From positions 1 through 64,000 of the forward strand of contig NIVC01002488.1 of NCBI GenBank assembly GCA_002269645.1: a stretch of 64,000 nucleotides of DNA, given 5' to 3'. Positions 44,981 to 57,307 of this stretch are shown here, in pieces. Position numbers and translations under genes: made by a program. Below the pieces are notes generated by a model. That model had not been told where the DNA came from. It saw only the letters and a list, made by a program, of their open reading frames with translations, and did not search any database. Positions within the stretch are counted from its first letter, which is position 1, and each line of letters begins with the position of its first letter. The stretch comes from Macrostomum lignano. Its lineage: Eukaryota.

Positions 44981-46234
44981 ATGGCAAAGTCCAGCATCAA
45001 CATCGCCCCCGATTACAATCAGTATCCATGGCGACACGTCAACAGCATCCACCAGGTTTTTCACGTAGGTTCTATTCTTATTAAAGTACAATAGAATTAA
45101 AATTTTACCAATTGAAATGCATGTTTTTTATCTATAACTTCTTTCAAGGACTCTCCAGTGCTACTAAGCCTCGAGCTGACCACTCTCAGTCTCTACTCGT
45201 TGCTAATCCTACACGCCATTCGGCGACGCAAACTATCGGTCCTACTTGCTGCCACCATCTCTGGCGCTGTCAACGAAGTTGTATTCACCAGCCTGCCGAT
45301 TGTGAATAACTTCTGGCACGCCCAGGCATGGCTGATGCTCGGTCCTCGCTTGCCAGCCTGGCAGCCAGCTCTGTACGGCCTATTCATCTACGTAGCCTGT
45401 CAGTCCGCCGACATTTTACACAGTTTTGGCTGGAACAGCCGCATCGGTCGTGCGGCTGTCGCAGGCATTTTAGCCTTCCTGCTCCTATTCCCCATGGACG
45501 CCGTCTGCGTCCGGTTTGTGGCTTACACCTGGCACGACTCCGATCCGCTGCTGGCAGACCGAGTCATGGGCGTGGCAGCCGGTAATGGCATGTTTGCTGT
45601 AGCTTTTCCTTTCTGCTTTGCCGCGCTGACTGCTTCTAGTAGACGTTTTGGTCCAGCTATCGCCTGCTTGCTGAGCACTCCGAGTATGGTGCTGCTCACC
45701 CTGCCGCTGGATCAGTTCGTAGGCGACGGTGTACCTACGCAAACCAGCCTGATCGCCCTGTTAGTCGGCATGACGTCAATTGTTGTTGTAGCAGCATCCT
45801 TCACGTCCGGCTCGCCAGAAAGTTCAAAGACGACTGCAGACTTGACTATACCGCTGGTGGGGTTCATCTATTATTTAGTGCTGCTTTCAGTTTCAATTCT
45901 GGCTGATCCAGCCGGCCAGAAAAGCGTCGGATTTCATCAGCCTCTTTCGCCGATCGGCCCGTGCCTGGGCGACATTACCGACCTGTCTGCAAGCGGTCGT
46001 CAGCGTCAAATATACCTTTGTCCAAACGAATTATCAGCAGCCACAAGGGATGTCCTGGATCCGACCTGCGACCCGACGAGAAGCATCGATCAGCACTGGT
46101 ACGTTGTGTGCGGACGGCCATTCGACTCTGCAGGCAACAGTGGTGGCAGCAGGCGAACATTCGTTATCAAGCTGGCTTGCATTGCAGCACTTGGGATGCT
46201 GGGCTTGACCAGCTGTCAGCGGGGCTTGTCGTGA
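44981..46234 (+). CDS. Multi-pass membrane protein, DUF7802-like, paralogue B, 389 aa; exons 44981-45064, 45149-46234
   Basis: Aligns to paralogue A: PWRHVNS vs PWKHISS, LILHAIR, NNFWHAQ..MLGPRLP, PMDAV..YTWHDSDP, YLC...WYVVCGRP. The donor cac|gtaggt and acceptor ttcaag|GAC put the intron at the same aligned position as intron 1 of A. Confidence 0.85.
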
Positions 46235-47882
46235 CATTCTACGTTACACGCTGCATCTATGGTAAAAATATCAGCAGAGCAACCTTTCGTCAATGATCGA
46301 ATTCACGAAGAAATAGCTTGATGATACAAGCAACAAATGCTGGTTGGACGAAACAAAAGTCAATGCTAGTCCAGTTAATTGTGTCACTATTACACAGTAA
46401 AACGCAGTTTTTCGTACCTTTAAAGTAAAATATTTTAGTTGACTGCGAAGATTAGGCTGTCATTTTTTCTATCCTATGATTTTAGGCACAAAACTAAAAG
46501 CTTTGCAAGTAAGCGTGCAGTACATATTATTAATTTAAATGATTCGTGAGCAAAGAAAGGCGTGATTTGCTTTCAAACAATTAATAAACTGAAAAAAAGT
46601 TGACTAAAGAAATTTGATTTGATTCGATAAGACTTTAGAATAAGCAAGTTTATACTTTATTAATCTTATCTCAATGCTTCTCTCATTTTTAGTGCTGGAA
46701 AATAAAATGTTGTTGTGAACTATAATTTGCTTTAGCCTCTGTGCCATTCCAGAAGGGTGCAGAGTGCTAGTAAAAAACTGTTTATGACTCAGATCCTCGG
46801 GTAGATAAATGTTGGTTGTTGATGGCGAAATAGATATTCATACACGATGCGAAAAGCGTCTCTAAAAATGCGAGTTCGCAAACGTTCCTTATTTAACGCC
46901 CACTTTCTGTGCTATACTAACCCCCTAAAGATGCAAGCTCGTCTCAATGAGTGAGACCAATCTGGGTTGCAGAGCCTCCATTCTTTCTTCATTTTCTCTA
47001 TTTGATTGCCGTACTGAACTTAATGGGGTACAGCAGTGCTCCGTCTTTAATGCAAGTTCACGCGCTGTAATTTTTCATATATATTTTTACTCTTTCTCAA
47101 GGACAGGGCTGCTTGTCTGAACGTCATAACCGAATTTATATTTTTGCTGGAATTGTCTCTACTAGGTAGTACCTGATACTTCAAATGACTATAAGTATGG
47201 TAAACTCACCGCGGGCCGTAAACAAGCTTGTCGTTTAGATTGAACCAAAAAGTTTAAACGTCTCAAGAAAATAACAGCAGATTGTAAGTTCGCTAACTTG
47301 AGCCATATATCTCCTGCGCTCGATCGTAAGTGACATTTGGTTTGAATTTTGCCTGATAATTTTAGTGTTGCTAACTGCCATATAATTATGATATAACTTG
47401 CGGTAAAATTACTGAATTCGTTTTTTGCTAATGGACCAACAACTAAAATGGTTTGCTGAGTACAACGTTAAAATTATGGATCATAGCTAGCTCGTAGTTA
47501 GTCTTAGTCTCATAAGTTTGAACTATACATGTAGTTGTCTTATTCGTTAATTTTTTCAAGCAACTACTTGAGGACACCCAGTTAAGCTTTTCAGTAAGAA
47601 ACAATAAAAATAAAATTTTAAAGTTAGCTTCATAAGATCCAGTTCACCAGGTAAAATCTCTGATTCATTTCAGACGGTTTCTTGTTTTATTGATTGTTAC
47701 TCGTACTACTCGTAGGATAAAAAATCGAAGGACCGTATAAAATTTTGAAAAGGTAAATGAACATTTGAGAGAATATTGAAAGAAATTATAGAGTTCTAAA
47801 AGGTTTTACAGACTTTTCAAAGTCTAGTTACGCGTCTTTCCGCCGTCTTTTTAATGCTCCATGATGTTGACAACTTTTATGC

Positions 47883-50800
47883 ATGCACAAAACCGTTTTT
47901 AATCACAAACTATTACAAGGAGCGGTCTGCGCAAAAATGGAGACAAAATTCAAAAGCATCGCCCAAGAGTCGCCATACGTGTTGCCGCGCATCGAGGCTC
48001 CGATCCAGCAGTTCAAGGACGCCGTTAAGCATTGCGAAAAATGGCTTGAAGGTGCTGAACCAGTGATGGAGCAGCTGCATCACCTTCAGCAGCTGCCTGA
48101 CCACGAACGCGGGAACGTAAAAAATCAAGTGCTATTGCTCGCATCCGCACTTGGCAAGTGGCCATTGGTTTCAAAACTGCTGCATAACGACGCAGACCCT
48201 AACTGTGAGCACGAATCTAGCAAGCTCACGCCGTTGCACTTGACTACTCTCGGTGGGCACGTTAGCACTACTCAGACATTGCTGTCCGTTCCCTCTATTA
48301 ACGTGAACGCCACTGATGCTGCAGGAAACACGCCTTTGATGTGCGCGGCTCAATCAGGCTTTCACGCTTTGGTAGCGCCGCTTCTAAACCATTCGGCGGA
48401 CTATTCGGCCCGCAACAACAAAGGATACACAGCGTTCGACGTTGCGTTGGCCAACGGTCGAATTAAAGTACTCAAAATGTTAATGGAAAAGTGGAATCCA
48501 CTTGATGCAACCAATCTGGAAGAGAAAAGAAACTTTTATAAAGCTTGCTGCTTCGAAGCTAGCAAAAACAGCTGGACTGATATATTGGCTTTGCTGGAAA
48601 ATCACGGAGTTTCTCTGAATATTCAGTCAGAATCAGCCGCCGATCTTGTTTTAACCTCCTGCGTCTATATGCAAGAGGGAATTCTACACTTTTTAGTTGC
48701 ACGCGATGTACCTCTTGACCAACCAGAGCACGAGGGCATGCGGCCATTGTTTCACGCTTGCTACAATGGCTCGTTCAATATGGTGAAGCTTCTGTGTGAA
48801 AAGCACGCCGACATCAATGCGCAGGACTCGCAGGGTCGCTCACCCGCTTTTATGGCTGCAGCGGGTGGACATCTTCAAATCCTGCAGCACTTAGAAGAGC
48901 AAGAATGTGACCTAAACGTGATTACCAAATCTGGTGATTCCCTACTTGAAGCTGCTATTGACAGCGGCAATTTCGAGCTATTCGTTTATCTTAGAGAACG
49001 TGTGCAAAGACCTGCGAATTCGCGCGCCACCTTGGCACACAGAGCTGCGGAAAAACTCCGAACCGATATACTAGAGGCCGAACTTTCTGAAGACCGAGAC
49101 CTGATTGAGAAGGAAGATTTCGATGGAAATACTCCACTTTTACTGGCCTGTCAACGAGGATCAAAACAGTTGCTGACACTGTTGCAGAAACTAGGCGCGG
49201 ACTTTAGCCATGCCAATCAGAAAGGCAACACACCGGCGCTATTGCTCAGTGCCATAGGAAACCTGCAACTGCTGCAGATTGTTCATAAAGCTGGTGGAGA
49301 CTTAGACCATCCAAATTGGAAGGGCGATACTCCTATTCTGATGGCTTGTCGATACAATCACTTTAGCGTGGTCAAGTTCTTTAGCGATCATGGGTGCACG
49401 ATGGACTGTGCGAACTATCTGGGGCAAACCCCAGCCTTTTTCTCAGCCAGACATGCAAAGAAAGAATTGCTGCGCTTCCTGGTGGAACAAAAAGCGCCTG
49501 TTGATGACGAGACGACCGATGGAATGACACCCTTGCTAGTAGCAGCTAAGGCAGACCACACAGAGTCAGTCAAAATATTGTTGAGATCGAATTGCCGAGT
49601 GGAACAAGTCAACTCTGAAGGCCGAAATATCGTCTCATTTTCCGCAATCAACGGCAATGTGGAAATGCTAAATATGGCAATAGAAAACAAAGCCGATCTT
49701 CTCGTACGCGAAACGTCGGGAAACACTGCAGTAATTGACGCCTGCCGATATGGCAGACTAGAGGTTTTGGAAATTCTGTCGAAGCAAGCTTGCCCTCTGG
49801 ACGCCAAGAACTACGAAAGCAGAAGTGGGTTGCACTTAGCAGCCGAATTCGGGTTCATCAAAATCGCGAATTTTCTTCTTGAAAAGGAGGTCAATTGCAA
49901 CTCCCGCGACAAGCTGGGCAACACTCCGCTGATGCTAGCCGCTGAAAAAGGCTTCTATAAAATTATTCAGCTTCTCAATCAGAAAGAATGCGACGTGCAC
50001 TTGTACAACAAAGAGGGTAAAACTGCGTTGCACTTCGCCAGCCTAGGAAACAACACTCGAAGCATACAGCTGTTACTCATTGCGGGCTGCAACCCTATGC
50101 AGACTGACAATGCAGGTGCTACACCTCTGATGCTCTCCTGCCAAAGTAGCAAACCAGAGGACAAAAATTCAAATGAGGCCTTTAAAATGCTTTGCGAGTT
50201 TTCGGCGACCGATGGACGCCGGTCATTGTTCTTCTATGACAACAGGATGCAAACCTGCGTTCACTACGCAGCTGAAGTCGGTCAGTACCGTATTCTAGAA
50301 GAGCTACACAATCTTGGATTGCGAATGGATGAGCCGAACCGAGACGGCGAAACACCACTCATCATAGCCGCTAAAGGGCGGTATAGGAAAAGTGTTGAAT
50401 TCTTGATTACGAAATGCAGTGCTTCAGTATCGGCTGTAGACAATAAAGGTCAGTCTGCAGTTCATAAGGCGGCGTTGAAAGGGCACTTGCCTGTGGTTCA
50501 ACTGCTCGAGACCAACGGAGCAGAAATGGACAGGCCTGACAGCTGCGGACGGACCCCTTTGCTGCTAGCCGCAAGTCGCGGTTTTGATAGCATTGTAAAC
50601 TTTTTGCAGGATAAACGCTGTATTGATACAATAGTCTGTCGCGAACGAAACGAGAACATTTTGCATTTGGCGGCGATAGGTGGTCATACGACTATCATAG
50701 AAAGACTTAAAGACAGACAGGATCTTGTCGAATCGTTTACAACTGAAGGAGAAAGCTGTCTTACCTTGCTATTGAAGTCGCGGGATTGTCCGGATCTGGC

Positions 50801-53800
50801 TGTCTTATTACTGACTAAATTTCATGCGAAATACCCTGACTCCTGTGGTCAAAAAGAGCTGCTGATTGCTGCCAGGTTCGGTCATAAAGCCACTCTGAAA
50901 GTCATTCTAAGCCATCCTTGCTGCAACAAAGACGCTGTAGACAGTGAAGGTAACTCAGCATTGATGCTGTCTGCCAGAGAGGGTCATCACACATGCGTGC
51001 GTCAACTACTTGACTCTGGACTTGATCTCAAGCGCCGAAACAACAATGGAGCAACCGCGCTTCATCTCTGCTGCGCCAATGGAAAACGACTTTGCGCTGA
51101 TTTTCTACTCGATGCTTCCGAAAACGAGGGCGTAGAAGAGTCTTTTGTTGACTGGAAAGACAAGCATGGCGACACGGCACTTATTAACGCAGTTCGCTCC
51201 GGTCTATCAGGTCTTGTGCGCACACTAATTCGCAAAGGAGCCCGTTGGGATATCGCAAACAATCAGGGTTACTCTGCGTGGACGTATGCCTTTTCAAGTC
51301 ATCGTCTTGATTTTTTGAGCTTCCTGAAAGAGAAAGGACATCCTCCAGAGACGCTTGAATTGTTGCTGAACGTTTCAAACCTAATAGGAAACTCTAAGTT
51401 TGTTTTGGATGTTTTTCAAAAAGCTTTGTTGCAAAAGAAGCAGGCCTTTTTAGATAAGTTTCTACTCTTCTTCGCAGACAGAATGACGGATCTGACTCAG
51501 CCATGCAGCGACGGCTCCTACCTGCTGCATGCTTGCTCCGAGATGAATCTTACTTCTGCAGCCAGCAAGCTGCTGAAGGAAGGCGCAGACATCGAATGTC
51601 TTGATAGGCAGAATCAGACGCCATTTCTTCGAGCCGTAGCTAAGAATCGAACTGACATGGCCAAATTTCTGCGCAAAAAGGGGTGCAAAATTTATGTCGT
51701 CGACGTAGAAGGTCGAGATGCTTTAATGCTTGCCAGTATAAATCGGAACCACGCACTTTTTGATTGGCTGCTTTGCTTGAACCTAAAGGTTGGATTGCAG
51801 GACAAATATGGTTACTCAGCCTTACACCATGTTGCTAAGCAAGGAAGCCGTCCAATGTTCAAAACCTTGCTGTTGGAATGCAGTGAGAAAGTGGCAGGCC
51901 TAGTTGAAAATAAGCACGGTCTAACCATGGCGCATTTAGCCGCACGTCGAGGCAACGGCCGATTGCTATTAGAAATAGGGAATTCTATCCATCGAAATCT
52001 TCTCAAGACCACGCCTGGAAAGCCGTCAACGTTTGGCATCGCGTGTTACCGTGGCTGGACAAATATTGTCAAGAAATTGATAGCCCTAGGTCACAGCCCG
52101 CCAGTTACAGAGATGTCGCCTTATATTGCAGCTGCTTGCGCTGGCGGTCATCTGCAGGTTTTGATCGAATTGCTTAAAGACGGCTCTGTAAACCCCTCGC
52201 GCAGTGTATTTCAGGCTGCGGGGCGTCACGGAAAGCTATCTGTGGTGGATTATCTGCTAACAACATTCCCAGAAAACAATAACAGAAACGACATTCTTAT
52301 TGCTGCTGTTGCTCAAGGGCATTCGCACATTGTGCGTTACATGTTGGATCAGAAAATTTCAGCTGACCAGATGGACGATAGGCAGAACATGCCTTGTCAC
52401 GTTGCTGCTCTCAGAAGCCACGCGTCTCTGCTGCCAAGCTTGGTCTGCGGTGAGCTGCACTCGGCCCCACTAAATGGCCGTCGGCGAACGCTCCTTCATC
52501 TAGCCTGCATCGGTGGTCAGGAGTCTGTAGTTCGGCTGCTGCTATCAAATGCTACTGACGAGTTCATAGCAGCTGAAGATGGAGACAAATGCTCTGCATT
52601 ACTGCACGCTTGCAGCCAGGGCAGTAAAGAAATAGTTGCGTTGCTGCTAAAGCAAAACAGCGTCAATCCAAACAGCTGCGGAGGGCTTCATGGTACTACC
52701 GGTGTGCATCTGGCATGTCAGGCGGGCCGTCAAGACCTGCTTGAAGTTCTGGCAACAGCTGGAGCTGCTCTGGACGCAGCTGATTTAGAGGGATCAACTG
52801 GCCTGTTGATGGCCGCAGCCCGTGGCCATGCGGATGTAGTTCGATACCTCCTAGCTAACGGGTGCAAATGGGATGCAGTAAATAAGCATGGGGCCAACGT
52901 GATTCAACTGGCTGTGAGTGGCAATCACATGAGCATATTGACTATTCTTTGCGAGCACAACTTTCTACAGCCGCAGTGCTTTGCTAACCAATGCCCCGAT
53001 GCTCAGCTGGAAGTTGGACACCCCATTGGCAGTTCCGCATCCCCGGGCGATGAAGACTGCGCCTTAGCCTACAACAATCTCGACTTATGCAAAGAAATGA
53101 AGCTGGGAGCTGAAAATGCGGATGTGGTTGAAGAACCAGACGCTGGCCCTGAAGCTGGTGAATCTACATCAGTCGTCAATTCTGAAGGATTGGCTGTTCA
53201 TGCGGGTATCAATGACGACGAAGATGAAATTAACGACGTTGGGTCATGGATTGAGTCAAGAGGCGGCAGAGCCAGCGGAGCTGCTTTTTCAACCAGACAG
53301 CTATCGGTCACTAGTTCGAATTTTGCCAGGTAAAATTTTATATATTACCGTACGTACGATTTACTGGGAAAGTAGATTTTAAAATAGGACATAGCAGATG
53401 TGCGTTTTTGACGTCTTTGGATCTGACTATATCGATTTAGTCTCGTGCCTTAACAAGTTCCCTGGGTGTCATCATACGATTTTCATCCATAACGGTCAAC
53501 CAGCTTAAGTTAAAATAGAACGTCAACCCACCAGGATAAATAAAAAAACGCTTTAATTTTCATAGGTGCGGCACAATCCATGAGCTGGAGGACGGTGCAG
53601 ATTCCAGTGAGCTGAAACTACGGGGCACCTTCGGCAGAGCGACAAACTTCTGGACCGTTGAAGCGCAACAAAACAGCAAAGGTGACTGGCTGGTGAAGAA
53701 GTGCCTGAGTTGGTCTGAGACTCCCGATAGCGATCCTTCAAAGACTTTAGGCAACCTAAAGTTGTTGCTTCGAAAGCTTTACGCATTGAAAAGAAGAGAA

Positions 53801-54502
53801 AACCGTTTCAGCGACAAGTCTCACCTTCTATGGCCCATAGAGTTCTCCATCGCTTATCACAGTCGCATTGAAGTGTGCATCGTACACCCGTACGTCAAGT
53901 GGCACCTGCTACAGTATCTCGATCAGCTGTATAGCAATCGAGATCAAGACTCGCGGCTTGAAGATGTGAGCTTTCACAAGTCTATAACGTCGGGCGTGTT
54001 GCACGGCCTTGCTGAGCTACACAGACGCAGCTTAGTTCACGGATCCCTGACTCTGAAAAGCGTTTACTTGACGCAGGATAAGCGCGTAATGCTAAAAGGA
54101 TTCGACGGCATTAATGATATTCTAGCGGAGTTTCTGGAACCGACACGAAATAGACTGCTTCGTGACGCCCACACCAAGGCTCCGGAGCTGTTCCGCGATC
54201 GGAATCGTCAGCCTACAAAGGAGAGCGACATCTGGTCGCTTGGAATTTTGTTGCACCAGCTGGTTACGGGAAAGACACCGTTGGCAAATAAATACGACAC
54301 TGAAGTGAAGGATTTCTATTTAGAAGGCCAAGTGGCACGCCTACCAGAGTTTCTATCGCTCGGAGACGCCCAGCTGCAGTCAGTTCTCGCAGGAAGCTGC
54401 CGAATCGACCCCAACAGTCGGAAAAGTGCATGCGAACTGATGGAAATCCTGCGGCCAACTGCAAGACATACTTCCTGTTGTGAGGCTGTGGATGATGATT
54501 GA
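47883..54502 (+). CDS. Giant ankyrin-repeat protein with a C-terminal pseudokinase domain, about 2127 aa; exons 47883-53329, 53566-54502
   Basis: Dozens of TPLH/GNTPL..AA..G ankyrin motifs over ~1600 aa, then an acidic linker. The phase-2 intron AG|gtaaaa...ttttcatag|G joins in frame to a kinase fold: RGTFGR, LVKK, VHGSLTLKSVYL, LKGFDG, APELF, SDIWSLG. The true start may lie in an unseen upstream exon. Confidence 0.88.
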
Positions 54503-54559
54503 TTTTACTCTAATACTATAACCCTGTTTATTAAATATTTTATCTAGGTGCATGTAAAC

Positions 54560-56250
54560 TACAATTAATTACTTGATTCAGAAAATGCATGAAATGATGC
54601 GCTCGCTTCGCTCGCATTTTTCCTATGCTACTTACTGGCTCATCGTCCCGAAGCGCACTCGTGGCCAAGACATTTACGCACTCAAAACTGAATCTTAGAC
54701 GCATTGTACGAACGCGAACTTATTCTCTCTCGTGGCCATAGACATCCGCGTTATCTGCACGCTTTTCGGGTACGAGTGTCAGCGATAGACATATATCTAT
54801 ATAACTTTAAGAGCGTTTGAAGTTTAAGAAGTGCCCAGAAATCACGCGATCTACAACTTAACCATGGAGCCACCGGCTAAGCGTGTCTACTATGTAGACT
54901 GCAAGAAACTGCCAGGAGAAGCCATTTCTGGAATGTCATCATCACAGATTGACATTCTCCTTCAACAGCAAACCGAGGAGCGGTTTATGGAAAAGCAAAT
55001 GGATGAGCGTCTGATCGAGCAACCGTCAAATGGAGATGGCGAGTTTGTGCTGCCCGAGGATATTGACCTGGATGGCATATGTTCGACTGCGTGCGTTGAA
55101 GACCTCGAGAAAGCTATCAACGACCTAGAAGACAGTGTCGCGAGTAACAATACCACACGACAGACGGATCAGTACGTCAAAAGGCTGTTGGCCTTCATGC
55201 AATCGAATCCGTCATTAAAAATTGACCTGCTGACGGCTGAGCCGGAGGATGTCAACCGTGTGCTGCGAGTGTTCTACGGCACGGCTTGTAAGCCTGACGG
55301 CGGATTTTATTCACCAGCGTCGCTAATCTGCATTCGTGCGGCCTTGACACTCAACTTTCATGGAAACGTGAGTGGGTGCACCTTTAATTTGCCAAAATGA
55401 CGGTACCTTTTTTACATCTACTTTAAAATGGACAATACTGCGAAAGTGACGCAGGCCTCTCATACAGTTCTTTGCAGTACTGTTGTTTTGTTAAATTGTT
55501 ACTTAAAATATACACGCTGACAAACCATGTTAAAGTTTTGCCATAGACATCAATTATCTGCACGCTCTTTTATTATCAGCACGCTTTTTGTATAGACTGA
55601 CTATATGATTTTACCATAGACATAGGCGTTATCTGCACGCTTGAGCGTTGTAATGTAAGATTACTACTAGGCTTTCGAGCCAGCAAGTCCAATGCCAGCA
55701 AGTCCATTGTCGGCTGATTTTCCATGCAAGAATGGCATTCTTGCACTCTTTTGCGTGCAGGAATGGATGTCTATGGTAAAATCTCACTGAAAAAGCATTA
55801 GGCGCAGAAATGCATTCCTGCACGGTTTTGTGCATTCCTGCACGATGAATCATCCGACAATGGAATTCCTTCACGTTCACTCGTGCGTGAAGGACATCGT
55901 GCACTCGTGCGTGCTGATGTCATTCCCGCACTCGTGACCGTGCAGGAATATATCAATGTCAACGTAGTGCGCCAACGTAGTGCTCGAGAGCGCCAAGATG
56001 ATTTTCAATATCTGCACGCTTTTTTGGCTACGCCGCATAGGGTTGGGCCATAGACTGTAAGATTAATGCACGCTTTTTGGACCAAAAATGCACGCTCAGT
56101 CATGGGACAATGGGTGTGATCTAGCGTTGTTTTTTTTCTATATTTTTTGATAACTATGATGGCTATGATTGCTGAACTCCCAGTTGCTTTTGAACTAAAG
56201 ATATCGACACTGTTCTGTTGACAAATACATTTATAGTGGCAGTGTGTTCC
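54560..56250 (+). mobile_element. Internally deleted Crypton-type (tyrosine-recombinase/DUF3504-like) element; residual ORF 54864-55400
   Basis: The ORF contains NNTTRQTDQYVKRLLAF...EDVNRVLRVFYGTACKPDGGFYSPASLICIRAAL, typical of the N-terminal core-binding part of Crypton/ZMYM-KCTD1-type YR proteins. It is fused directly to an FHGNVSGCTFNL tail with no catalytic domain. The flanks carry repeated ccatagac and atctgcacgct motifs. Boundaries are approximate. Confidence 0.65.
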
Positions 56251-56286
56251 AGAATTCAATTGCAAGCATAATTTACAATAAGTAAA

Positions 56287-56314
56287 TCCAAATATACTAA
56301 ATCTCTAAGCTCTA

Positions 56315-56374
<60 letters not shown>

Positions 56375-56749
56375 GTAACTGAACTTCTATGTTTGTTGTT
56401 CTGTTTTTTGTTCTTCGCTGCAATTATGTAAATTATTGATGCATAGCTATTAATTGTTTTTCATTTTCACCGTGAATACGAGCGCTGTAGCTCTATTTTT
56501 ATTCATTCCGGTCACATTCTGGTCGCTCAAAATTTTCCATTAAAGTTGGGCAGATTTCGCAGAAATTAAAAGCAAACATGGAACATTTCCTGACCGTAGC
56601 TGACGGTAACAAGGTAAAATGCAAAAAAATGAAGTTTTCATCATTTTTACATCAACGAAACGGGATATTAGAAAAAGAATAAATAGAATTAAATTCTGTG
56701 AAAACGAATTTGTTTATTTTCGTGTTTACGCAAAAATAGCTACTGCTAG
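56287..56749 (+). mobile_element. Candidate small Helitron-like element containing a (TG)28 microsatellite (56317-56372)
   Basis: A|TCCAAATATACTAAA...(TG)n start like element B, ending tgCTAG|T. The subterminal hairpin is weak. The microsatellite itself is certain. Confidence 0.45.
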
Positions 56750-57164
56750 TTGAAGTTAAAAGTATGTCGATACAACGGTATTGATTCTGAGTTCGGTACG
56801 TGCACGGCCATATTAATTTGGGCCTCGTGTATGAAAAATGGCTTTGGGCTTGTCGTAAGATTCTCGACTTATAGGAGCCAGCAGGATCAGTACAAAAATT
56901 TCAGAGTGTATTTACTGACGATGAAAAAGTGCACCTAACGTCTAATTCACCTGTGTACGCATCCGCGTATTCAAGAGCATGCTCAAGAGTCAATGGAATA
57001 TAGGCTTGTCTTATCAGTACCCAGAAGTCAATTTATCAGCATAAACAGTAGAAAACTTACGAAACTTAAACTTAAAACTACGAATACCTACCTACGAACC
57101 GAAACCCGTTATCTATAATAATCCGAAAGCAATAAAAACTAAATTTCAATGCTTTTGTCATTGT

Positions 57165-57236
57165 CCAATCAAATAATTCGGCCAATCAGCAAACCGCATG
57201 CAAAAACTTGGACAAGAACGCCTCCATACTATAAAA
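57165..57236 (+). promoter_or_regulatory. CCAAT-CCAAT-TATA promoter of the lectin gene
   Basis: CCAAT at 57165 and 57182 and TATAAAA at 57230-57236, about 70 bp upstream of the ATG. Confidence 0.65.
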
Positions 57237-57307
57237 ACAGGATCGAGAGCTGAGACTTTTTGAGAAGGTTGCTTTTGTTGGAAAGATAGCTGAATAAAAA
57301 TTCAAAC

